64,000 nucleotides of DNA from Promethearchaeota archaeon. Its GTDB lineage: Archaea > Asgardarchaeota > Lokiarchaeia > Sigyniarchaeales > SOKP01. Shown piece after piece: positions 40,631-49,296 of the stretch. The notes beneath the pieces are model-generated. The model was not told the DNA's origin, did not search any database, and was given only the letters and a program-made list of their open reading frames with translations. The stretch spans positions 1 to 64,000 of the forward strand of contig JBHLON010000011.1 of assembly GCA_048940445.1 (NCBI GenBank), in the 5' to 3' direction. How positions within the stretch are numbered: the stretch's first letter is position 1; every line of letters begins with the position of its first letter. Both the position numbers and the translations under genes were made by a program.

Positions 40631-41377
40631 TTAACAATTTAGGGTTCTTATAAGATTTTCAATGACATTAGGAAGTTGATGCATATCTTCGACATAAAAT
40701 GGATATTTTGGTTGAAAATCACCCGTTATACATGCTTGAATTACGTTAGCTCCCGTTTTAAGAGCATTTTCAATAAATCTCGGTTGATCTTCAATGACAA
40801 TAGCTTTTTTTGATTCCAATTTTATATCATTAAATATAGCTTCAAAAAAATTAGAGCTAGTTTTCCTTGTATTTATAAGATCTGGTCCAAAAAAACCACT
40901 AAAAAAATGTTTAACACCCATTTCTTCAAGGACTATTTTTATTTCCCTTGAGGCTAGTCCGGTAGAAGTATAGAGGACAAAGCCTTTTAAATAGAGCATC
41001 TTTATGCTTTCAATGATTCCGGGTATTGCAGAATGAACTTTTGGCCATACATATTCTATTGTAGTGTCATAAATTCTTTCATGTTCCTCTTTAGGTGGTA
41101 CAGATCTTTTAGCTTCTTCAAACATCTTTGTTACCCACTCACTCTTGAAGTTTGTGTAAAAAGTTATGTAATCATCATAAAACTCTCTCGCTCCTTTTGG
41201 ATCCATCAATGAAGTTATCGCTTTTTCGTTTGCTTCTCCCCAAACTTCAGGATCCCCTCCAAACCTCGAATGAAAAAATTCTCCACAAAACACTTTCCAC
41301 TGGGGGGCACGAATGGAATTATCGTTTAACACACCTCCATCATCAAAAAAAATAGCGAATGACATCTTTTCAGACAT
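40631..41377 (-). CDS. HAD-family hydrolase
   Basis: FDDGGVL, ST, K and IEDQ motifs. Confidence 0.8.
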   Translation of the reverse strand: MSEKMSFAIFFDDGGVLNDNSIRAPQWKVFCGEFFHSRFGGDPEVWGEANEKAITSLMDPKGAREFYDDYITFYTNFKSEWVTKMFEEAKRSVPPKEEHERIYDTTIEYVWPKVHSAIPGIIESIKMLYLKGFVLYTSTGLASREIKIVLEEMGVKHFFSGFFGPDLINTRKTSSNFFEAIFNDIKLESKKAIVIEDQPRFIENALKTGANVIQACITGDFQPKYPFYVEDMHQLPNVIENLIRTLNC

Positions 41378-41566
41378 ATCTTCTATCGGTTCTATTTTTT
41401 ATCAAGAGAGAATCTATCATTTTGTTTCGATAAAAATGTTATTAGTATTAAATTATATTATATAAGTTTTTTATATTTTGAATCAATAAAGGAAGCGAAT
41501 TTTCTAGATATAAATTCCTTTAAGTTGGAATGGTAAGTTATAGGTAGTAATTTCACTTTTTTTTAT

Positions 41567-42349
41567 CTAACTACCCCTAAGAACTCCTTTCAAGAAAAGT
41601 TGAGCATGAGACATAAGTAAAATATTTAATACGTAGGTTATATCGATTAATAGATAGATATTTATACGCAAAGTCCCATATCTAGCGTTTCCTATTAGAA
41701 GATCAGAAAAAACAAATAAGCTAGATGCGATAACAACAAGATAGCGAAAAATTTTTGATCTTTGAGTATATCCAAGCCCAAACCAAGATATGCATGCCAT
41801 TGAACCAATAGCTATTACATAGGGAACTACGATTAATGACGCTGTACCATTCCAGACAAATATAAAAAACACTAATGGGATGAAGATAATCCAAAATATG
41901 ATCGATATTAAGAAGACTTTACGAAGTTTTGGATTATGGATCTGAACTTTTGGGCTAATAACGATTATTCCAGAAAAAGCTATTATCAAAGAAATCTGCA
42001 TTAGAAGATATACTAACATTCCAATAATAAAATCATAAGCAATAACAATTGTAGCAACAAGTCCAACTACCATTGCGATAACGATCCAATTTAAAAAGCG
42101 CTTAGGGTTAAGTTGGCGATTTTCTACAGGATTAGATTCCTGAATGATCTCTTTAAAATTTTCAGGATTAATGGAATAAAACCTTATAACAAATATTGAT
42201 ATTGTTACTAAAATACTAGCAAGCCACGCGATAATCAAAATTTTGGATCCTTGAATTTGATTAATTATTTCTGAAATTAGAATCATTATAAAACCTGATA
42301 TTCCTAAAGTGATGGGAAAAATTATACTCTTTGATGGTTTATAGGTCAT
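41567..42349 (-). CDS. YhhN/TMEM86 lysoplasmalogenase-like membrane protein
   Basis: F.IGM..YL, PY...I..M and LFVFSD.LI motifs. Confidence 0.7.
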   Translation of the reverse strand: MTYKPSKSIIFPITLGISGFIMILISEIINQIQGSKILIIAWLASILVTISIFVIRFYSINPENFKEIIQESNPVENRQLNPKRFLNWIVIAMVVGLVATIVIAYDFIIGMLVYLLMQISLIIAFSGIIVISPKVQIHNPKLRKVFLISIIFWIIFIPLVFFIFVWNGTASLIVVPYVIAIGSMACISWFGLGYTQRSKIFRYLVVIASSLFVFSDLLIGNARYGTLRINIYLLIDITYVLNILLMSHAQLFLKGVLRGS

Positions 42350-42689
42350 TTATCTATCCTTCCTTCATAATTTCAAACAAATATATTCATGTAATTACTC
42401 AAAAATTAAAAATTTTATTACCAAGAACTAAGAACTATTAAAAAAAATTTTCTAGAGGGATAATTTTGATTGTTTCGGATATTCATTATAGTTATTTCAC
42501 TGTCTTTAATGTAAACAAAAGAAGAATTACAGCTTTTTAATTCTTTAAATAATAATAACTATCGGACCTATGTTTTGCAAATGTGAATTGTTTCCACACA
42601 GTAAAAGGAAAATCATTTAAAAATTCTATTCTAAGTTCTGTTTCTCTCTGGCTATTTTCATCTAGATATTTAACTATCTTTATCAATAG

Positions 42690-43532
42690 TTAAATTTCTA
42701 TTCTTAATCCATCATAAGCAAATGATAATCCGGGATTTTCTTCTTCTAATTGTTTACGTTCATTGGAAGTTATTCCTGCTATTAACTTATTTAAATTCCA
42801 ACTATGAAAAGAAGCATGCGTAATGATACATTTTGGAATGTCTAATGTTTTCCAGAATTCAACCGCATCAAAAATAGAGAAATTTCCCCATTCTTGAAAC
42901 GTCTGTCCCTTAGGTAGAACCAAATTATCGACTGTACCTTCAAATATTATAAAATCAAAGTCTATTTCTTTTAGACGATCGATTGTCTTCTTTGGTGGAA
43001 TAACTCCATCGACCAAATATGCAAAAGTAGTATTATGAGTCGTAATAATATATCCAACACTATCTGGGGAATGTGTGGTTTTTATTACTTCAAGACAGCC
43101 TCCATGGATTCTAATAATATCTCCTGGTTTTAAGGGGTGGAGATTATATCGATGTTTCGCCCATGAAAAACCTATATTTTCAAAGTATTTAATATACTGT
43201 TCAGGAAGATGTAAATCTATATGTTTCTTCCAAGTCCAAAGTTCACCTAGCAGAGGAAAGGCGCCGAGACCAAAGCAATGATCATAATGCCAATGTGTCA
43301 GGAATATTCGATCAATATATTTTATTTGTTCCCTTTCTAGTTGGAATTCAATATCTGGTCCCGCGTCAATTAATACATTTTCTTTACCTGAGAGCAAAAC
43401 AGAAGCTCTAGTGCGTCGCAACCTTGGATCTTTCCTTGCTTCCTCACATGTCTCACAAGAACAAAGACATAAGGGAACTTGTATGCCTCCACTACTACCA
43501 AGAAATATTAAAATAAGGTTTTTATTTGCCAC
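42690..43532 (-). CDS. MBL-fold hydrolase (PhnP-like)
   Basis: LGSSGG..VP.C.C.CETC, LIDAGPD, THWHYDH and AYDG motifs. Confidence 0.85.
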   Translation of the reverse strand: MANKNLILIFLGSSGGIQVPLCLCSCETCEEARKDPRLRRTRASVLLSGKENVLIDAGPDIEFQLEREQIKYIDRIFLTHWHYDHCFGLGAFPLLGELWTWKKHIDLHLPEQYIKYFENIGFSWAKHRYNLHPLKPGDIIRIHGGCLEVIKTTHSPDSVGYIITTHNTTFAYLVDGVIPPKKTIDRLKEIDFDFIIFEGTVDNLVLPKGQTFQEWGNFSIFDAVEFWKTLDIPKCIITHASFHSWNLNKLIAGITSNERKQLEEENPGLSFAYDGLRIEI

Positions 43533-43614
43533 AATTGATTTAACAAGATCTCCACATTTATATTTTTTTTCTTTTAGATCTTACACTCAGTTCAGAAAAT
43601 TAAGTTTAAGCCAT

Positions 43615-43703
43615 AGGCTTTAATCTTGTCCTAATTTTCTGTGAAAATTGGGTGGGGAAGTAAATTCAGAGTCTGATTTCCATGAAAATTCATTTGAAGA
43701 AAC
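43615..43703. repeat. Dispersed intergenic repeat, copy C
   Basis: AGGCTTT..TTGTCCTAATTTT...GTAAATTCAGAGTCTGATTTCCATGAAAATTCATTTGAAGAAAC. Confidence 0.65.
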
Positions 43704-43770
43704 TAAATTAAAATTATAATTAGTTTAATAATTATGTACATGAGAGATATTATGTAGATTTGTGCTTTTT

Positions 43771-45051
43771 TTAGCGTTCTGATTTCAATTTTCTTCTCTC
43801 TCTAATAGTAACATCGAGGATTAGACTTTCAATATGTCGTAAAGCGACTTTATCTTCCTTTGGGATGAGATCATAAATTTCCTCGAGATCCTTTAAGGAA
43901 AGAAGCTGGAGAATTTCTTTTTGCAATAAATATCGATATGCTTCGATATTTTCTTCTTTTAAATATAAAATGATCTCTTTTTTGATAATTTCTTGGGCTC
44001 TTGAAATTCCTCTTTCAATCATTTCTTTTAGGAGAGGATACCATATCCTTCTTTTTTCCATAAGGGTAAAAGTTACTTTTTTATCAAGCCAATCTTCAAA
44101 CATAACTTCTAATTCTTCGTTTGAGAATAGATTCAAATACTTTTCATTTAGATAAAATATAATAGTATTATAATTTTTAGATGCAATCCTAGTTGCGATG
44201 CTCTCTTTCAATCGAATAATAGCTTTTTTATCTCCTAATAATGCTAGTTTTTTCAGTAATGGAATAGATAAACTACTATGTAAGATTCTCAGATCGTAGT
44301 CATATTCATACCATGCTTGCAGATTAGAACAATGACCGATAAATTCAGAATCAGAATCAATCAGATTATGATCTGTTTCATGTTTCTTATCCATATTATT
44401 ATAGATCTGAAAGGCTTCATCAATCGAATCAATGTGTTCAAATTTATTGAAATCCTTTTGAGTTAAATTCAAGAGGAGATACTTACATTGATGGAAGGGC
44501 TTTTCATCAATAAAGATAACTGTTTGACCTTTAATTAATTTAAGTTTGAGATGTATATTAATTCTAAATTCTCTCTCTTCAGGAAATTTATCAGTATTCC
44601 TCATTAACAATTCATCATTAAATTCCTGCAAGAATCTTCTATGACTTTCAGAGAATACTCTTGTTTTTTTAAATTGGGGCTTTTCACTGTTGCGTATATA
44701 TTTCAAATCGGGTAATTTTTCGTTAAGTTTCATTGACTCAATGTTAAATACATTAAGAAATTCTTGAGTCTCATCTCCTTGATCAATAGATACAATTTTG
44801 CAATGATGAAAACACGAATCTTTCATTAATTTTCCCTGAATCTCTTGTGCTACATTAGAGCTTATAAATCTTTTTTTTACTGGAGATCGAGCTCCTTTCC
44901 AAATGAAAATCTTTCGTATATCTTCTCGGATAAGCACTAAGACTTGTTCTGGATTGAGGTAATTAGCTAAATCCTTCTTAGAGAAAACTAACTCTTTATA
45001 TTCTCCAGTATCCTCCAATTCAAAAGCAAAAAAAGTTTTTAATTCACTCAT
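43771..45051 (-). CDS. Gelsolin-like domain fused to a Lokiarchaeia-expanded domain (EF.IN..L.LKL...CSNLQAW type)
   Basis: LNPEQVLVLIREDIRKIFIWKG...SIDQGDETQEF; C-terminal EFRINIHLKLKL..QCKYLLLN..IDSIDEA..GHCSNLQAWYE. Confidence 0.7.
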   Translation of the reverse strand: MSELKTFFAFELEDTGEYKELVFSKKDLANYLNPEQVLVLIREDIRKIFIWKGARSPVKKRFISSNVAQEIQGKLMKDSCFHHCKIVSIDQGDETQEFLNVFNIESMKLNEKLPDLKYIRNSEKPQFKKTRVFSESHRRFLQEFNDELLMRNTDKFPEEREFRINIHLKLKLIKGQTVIFIDEKPFHQCKYLLLNLTQKDFNKFEHIDSIDEAFQIYNNMDKKHETDHNLIDSDSEFIGHCSNLQAWYEYDYDLRILHSSLSIPLLKKLALLGDKKAIIRLKESIATRIASKNYNTIIFYLNEKYLNLFSNEELEVMFEDWLDKKVTFTLMEKRRIWYPLLKEMIERGISRAQEIIKKEIILYLKEENIEAYRYLLQKEILQLLSLKDLEEIYDLIPKEDKVALRHIESLILDVTIRERRKLKSER

Positions 45052-45403
45052 GTATTTATTTACAATAATATTGATAACTGAAACTTTCTTTATTTCTAAT
45101 AAAGTGCATTAATTTATATTTTTCTTATTTAAAAAATAACCACATATCCAACCCCATGATGGTATTTTTTATATACTTTTTTTTCAAGACTAAACAAATT
45201 ACTGATGAGCATAGTTAAATTGAAACGGGAACAAACCGAGAAATTTAGTGACAACATTATATTTTAATTCAACTTTATAACCTAAAAATTATTTTTTGAA
45301 ATAGATTTCAAATTTCTCCTATCATTCTCTTTTCCTTTATATGAAAAAAGACTCATATTTTAATTATTCAAATTTAATTTGAATTATGAGGTGAAAATTA
45401 AAA

Positions 45404-45625
45404 TTGTCATTGGCTAAAGAATATGGTGATACAAAGTTTGGAGAAATAAATAGTAATGCATTCACTCAATTTATGGATTCATTCAATAATTATTTTAATT
45501 CTGAAGATCCTAACGAAAAAAATGATATCTTAAAAAAATTCGGCTTATTTAAATTTGGAGAAATCAACAATTTATTATTAAGTGATTTTGAAAGAGCTTT
45601 AAATCGATTTCTTTATATTAACTAG
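45404..45625 (+). CDS. Small hypothetical protein
   Basis: GAGGTGA SD upstream of a TTG start; internal KFGEIN repeat. Confidence 0.55.
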   Translation: MSLAKEYGDTKFGEINSNAFTQFMDSFNNYFNSEDPNEKNDILKKFGLFKFGEINNLLLSDFERALNRFLYIN

Positions 45626-45744
45626 GTTATTTACTTTTTTCCTAAGCTTAGCTAAAAATATATAAAATTAAAAATAATTGCAGAATAATAGATGATAGAA
45701 AATAGATATTCTGCCAAATTGCCATTATAGCAGGGAAGATTGAT

Positions 45745-46143
45745 TTAAACACGCCTGCCTCTATGTCCACCCTTCCTACGACAGTGGTCATGAGCGCGAG
45801 GTGTGACTTCTTCTATTCTCCCAACTTGGAGACCGGAACGAGCAAGAGCACGAATGCATGCTTGGGCGCCAGGTCCAGGTGTCTGTGATTTATTCCCACC
45901 AGGGGCTCGAACCTTTATATGGACTCCTCTTATGCCTTTATCTCTTAGCTCATTTGCAACTCTAAAGCCACACTGCATTGCAGCGTAGGGGTTTGACTCA
46001 TCACGGGCAGCTTTAACAACCATCCCACCCGAGCATTTCGCGAAGGTCTCAGCTCCGCTTAAGTCGGTAGCGTGGACAATTGTATTATTATATGATGAAA
46101 AGATGTGAATCATTGCCCATTTCATATCATCTGTCTTACTCAT
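45745..46143 (-). CDS. rps11: 30S ribosomal protein uS11
   Basis: [31 protein letters not shown]. Confidence 0.97.
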   Translation of the reverse strand: MSKTDDMKWAMIHIFSSYNNTIVHATDLSGAETFAKCSGGMVVKAARDESNPYAAMQCGFRVANELRDKGIRGVHIKVRAPGGNKSQTPGPGAQACIRALARSGLQVGRIEEVTPRAHDHCRRKGGHRGRRV

Positions 46144-46161
46144 TTTTTAGTTCACCAAATT

Positions 46162-46659
46162 TTATTCTTTAATTTGAGCGAAAGGGCTGCTTGGAGCAAA
46201 TCTGATTAGAGTTTCTTCTTCAGTTTTAACGATATATGAGGGTGAATTAATTATTTTATCACTGATAGCAATATGTTTATGTACTATTTTTTGTCTTGCT
46301 TCATAAATAGTTTGTGCCATACCTTTCTCAAAAACCAATGTTTGTAATCGTCTTTTTAATAAATCTTCTACGGTTAAAAGTAGAATATCATCAAATTCGG
46401 CTTCGGGACCTAGTACCCCTAAACTATTCAATTTTCTTATTAATTCTCTTTGTGCTTCAGCAGCTTGTTCTTTTGATAATGTTCTGGATTCTCGTGCAAT
46501 CTTTCTCCAATTCCCGAGCATTGTTCTCATTTTCCAGAATTCTCGTTTGTTTCTAAGTCCATATTTTCCTAGAAATTCAAGTTCTTCAAGGATTCTCTCT
46601 TTATTAAAAGGATGTTTTGGTTTTCTAAACTTCTTTTTTAAACGTCTTGGATCTCCCAT
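46162..46659 (-). CDS. rps4: 30S ribosomal protein uS4
   Basis: MGDP, YGLRNKRE, RRLQT, ARQ.I.H.HI, PSY.V. Confidence 0.97.
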   Translation of the reverse strand: MGDPRRLKKKFRKPKHPFNKERILEELEFLGKYGLRNKREFWKMRTMLGNWRKIARESRTLSKEQAAEAQRELIRKLNSLGVLGPEAEFDDILLLTVEDLLKRRLQTLVFEKGMAQTIYEARQKIVHKHIAISDKIINSPSYIVKTEEETLIRFAPSSPFAQIKE

Positions 46660-46669
46660 ATTTTCACCT

Positions 46670-47161
46670 TTATTTTTCAGCTTGCCTTTTCTTTTTACGA
46701 GTCACACCAACAACTAATCCATGTCGTCCGGTGCTTTTTGTTCTTTGACCCCTTACTTTTAAACCTAAATGATGTCGTACTCCTTTGTAGCTTTTCATTT
46801 TTTTCATTCTGTCAATGTCTCGCTTGATTTCTAATTCTAGTTTATTGCCAATGAGATGGACATCTTTGCCAGTTCTTAAATCTTTTTTTCGATTGACCAT
46901 CCAAAAAGGAATCCCATTTTCGACGGGATTTAATATTATTTCTTCAAGTCTTTGTATATCTTTTTCTGAAAGTGCTCCTATTCGTGATTCTGGATTTATT
47001 TCGGTGACCATTATTATAGCTTGGGCTAATCTTTTTCCAACTCCTTTTATTTGAGTCAGACCGTATTCAATTTTTGCATTTCCATCAACTTGAGCACGTA
47101 GATTTCTGAAAAAAACTTTTTCACGGAAATTTTTTGGTCGTACTGGAGATAGGGAACTCAT
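46670..47161 (-). CDS. rps13: 30S ribosomal protein uS13
   Basis: IKGVG, WMVNR.KD, Y.G.RH..GLKVRGQRTKSTGR. Confidence 0.97.
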   Translation of the reverse strand: MSSLSPVRPKNFREKVFFRNLRAQVDGNAKIEYGLTQIKGVGKRLAQAIIMVTEINPESRIGALSEKDIQRLEEIILNPVENGIPFWMVNRKKDLRTGKDVHLIGNKLELEIKRDIDRMKKMKSYKGVRHHLGLKVRGQRTKSTGRHGLVVGVTRKKKRQAEK

Positions 47162-47275
47162 GTTATCTAATAATCTTAATTTATGATATAGTCTTTAATG
47201 TGAAATTTAATATTAATTTTATGGTTTAGAATAGAAGAAGGAAGTTTTTAAGTGGATTTGATCTAGTGTTATTCT

Positions 47276-48763
47276 TTAATAATTCGGGATACGCATATTT
47301 CCCTTAGATTTTTCACTTAGATGTTTGAAACATTTATTTTTTTTAGAATTAGCAATTTTCTCAACCGTTGGTAGCCCCGGTTGAACTTCTTTGATATTTT
47401 TATATTCTATCAAATTACGCTTTATTAGGCTGTCAAATAATTGTTTTCCTTTAATTGTTCTAATTATAATAGTATTCCAACCAACAGGAGAACCAGTAGA
47501 GCCAATTGAAATGTCAGCTGATTCTGATGTTAAATCGAAACATACTTTACAATCTTTCCTTGCTAAATGACTTATTTCTTTAACTTGAATTGATAGTTCT
47601 TCATCTTTTTTCGTATATATAAAAAATTTGCCTTTATTGATGTCAGTCTTTTGTATATCGTTAACATTTACGTTTAAGAGTTGACAAATTTTTAATAGTG
47701 ATTCATAAGAGAATGATTCCATACAAAAAATTCCAATACGATATAATACTTGACTCAATGAAGGAATTGCTACATTATAAATTTCGGATTTTAATAATGC
47801 TTGCATCATACAAGGAACTCCAACAACAGCTATTTTAGAATGTTTATTATTCAATTCATTAAGTAAAGAAAGAGTAGGATTATTGACGTATTTAGTACCC
47901 ACAGTTTTCAATATGTCTCCTTTAGATTTAATTAATACGGGTTCAGGACGCCAAAGAGTTCGGCTCATTTTTGCACCTAATGCCATATCAATTTGATTTG
48001 AATCTAATAAAAAATAAAGACAAGTGCTTGTAATTCCACCGTCTTGACATACATTAGAAATTTCTTTAATTTTTGTTTTTGCTGAATAAATTTCGAGATA
48101 AGAACCAATCTTTGGAGAAAAAGTAATGTTAGAATTCAAATTTTGCTCCATATTCAATAAATTCACTGGCAAAAATGTCCTTGGGCAAAAATAATAACAT
48201 AATCCACATTTTATGCATTTATCTTCCTCAATTTTTCCGAAACCATTATATACGTTTATACAATTAACTGGGCAAATTCCAGCACATAGACCACAACCAG
48301 AACAATTTTCTGAATTAAATATAACATTTACGGGTTCATAAATAGATTTAATTTCAGAAGGATTACAAGTCAAAGCTTTAATTGATCGATTTTTTATTCC
48401 TTGAGGACTAACTATATCAGTATTGATTTCTTTTTTGGGGTAAAATGTTTCGATTAATCCCTCATTTTTTAATAATTCTATATTAGATAGGGTTTTTTTA
48501 ATATCTATTGAGTTTTTTTTAGAAAAAGTTTTTAAAGACTCGAAATTGTGAATTGGTTTATTTTTTATATAATTTAAGAGTAAATATTTCATTCTCTCTC
48601 TATCAAACATTTCAAATAAGATTTGGTAATATTGATCCTCACTATAAACTCCAGAATTTATGATTTCATTTTTTGCATCAATTAATACACGAATTCTATA
48701 TGAATCTAAAGCTTCTGCAACATTTTTCAAAAATTCCCATGTAATAAAATCTTTAGATTCCAT
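47276..48763 (-). CDS. Coenzyme F420 hydrogenase/dehydrogenase beta-subunit (FrhB/FdhB-like) with 2x[4Fe-4S] domain
   Basis: CSGCGLCAGICP, CIKCGLCYYFCP, QDGG, VG.PC, IGIFCMESF, C..C.D.T.E.ADISIGS. Confidence 0.9.
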   Translation of the reverse strand: MESKDFITWEFLKNVAEALDSYRIRVLIDAKNEIINSGVYSEDQYYQILFEMFDRERMKYLLLNYIKNKPIHNFESLKTFSKKNSIDIKKTLSNIELLKNEGLIETFYPKKEINTDIVSPQGIKNRSIKALTCNPSEIKSIYEPVNVIFNSENCSGCGLCAGICPVNCINVYNGFGKIEEDKCIKCGLCYYFCPRTFLPVNLLNMEQNLNSNITFSPKIGSYLEIYSAKTKIKEISNVCQDGGITSTCLYFLLDSNQIDMALGAKMSRTLWRPEPVLIKSKGDILKTVGTKYVNNPTLSLLNELNNKHSKIAVVGVPCMMQALLKSEIYNVAIPSLSQVLYRIGIFCMESFSYESLLKICQLLNVNVNDIQKTDINKGKFFIYTKKDEELSIQVKEISHLARKDCKVCFDLTSESADISIGSTGSPVGWNTIIIRTIKGKQLFDSLIKRNLIEYKNIKEVQPGLPTVEKIANSKKNKCFKHLSEKSKGNMRIPNY

Positions 48764-48796
48764 TTTTACATGCTTTTTTTAATTGAATTATTTATT

Positions 48797-48865
48797 CCGA
48801 AAGCTCATGCTTTGAGTCAGTCTCTTCTCAACAAAAATTTTTTTGGGAAGATCATTCAATTTCGG
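48797..48865 (-). ncRNA. Putative eukaryote-like SECIS element (AUGA...GA kink-turn core) at the end of vhuD
   Basis: Minus strand: CCGAAA-UUGA-AUGA-UCUUCCCAA-AAAAAUUUUUG-UUGAGAAGA-GA-C...UUUCGG; A-rich apex; follows genes with Sec-position UGAs. Confidence 0.75.
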
Positions 48866-49277
48866 GTTTGTTTTTAGGTAGAAGAGGAAGTGCTTTGACC
48901 TTATTAGTTATGTCTTTTACAGCATAAAGAAAATTTTCAACCTCTGCTGCAGAACAGAAATATTGTTCTATCCTATTCTCTGAGATTCCTAAATGTTTAA
49001 ATAGACGCTTCAAAAACTTCACATGTTCATATGTGTTGAGATTACCTGCTCCAAATTCACACTCTCCTTCCTTTCATGAAATAATAGCTACTCCATCTGC
49101 TCCATTTAAATAACATTCCATAATTAAATGGATTCCTATTCTTCCACTACATCTGACTCTAATCATGTGAAAATCAGTAGAATAAGTTTTTCTTGTTGTT
49201 CCTGTTAAATCTGCCACGGAATATCCTCATTTTTCACAACCAAAAGTTATAATCCTTCTTTCTTGCTCATTTTCCAA
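48852..49277 (-). CDS. vhuD: Selenoprotein hydrogenase delta subunit MvhD/VhuD, 141 aa, Sec17 and Sec68
   Basis: SD AGGTGA, TTG start; FGCEK-U-GY, RV.CSGR, GADGV..S-U-KEGEC, N...LGI.ENR; TGA at 49227..49229 and 49074..49076 at conserved Cys positions. Confidence 0.9.
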
Positions 49278-49296
49278 AAATAAATCACCTTTAAGT

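Noticed and set aside
45217-45226. ATTGAAAC resembling a CRISPR repeat end
   Set aside because: Single occurrence; no spaced repeats or cas genes.
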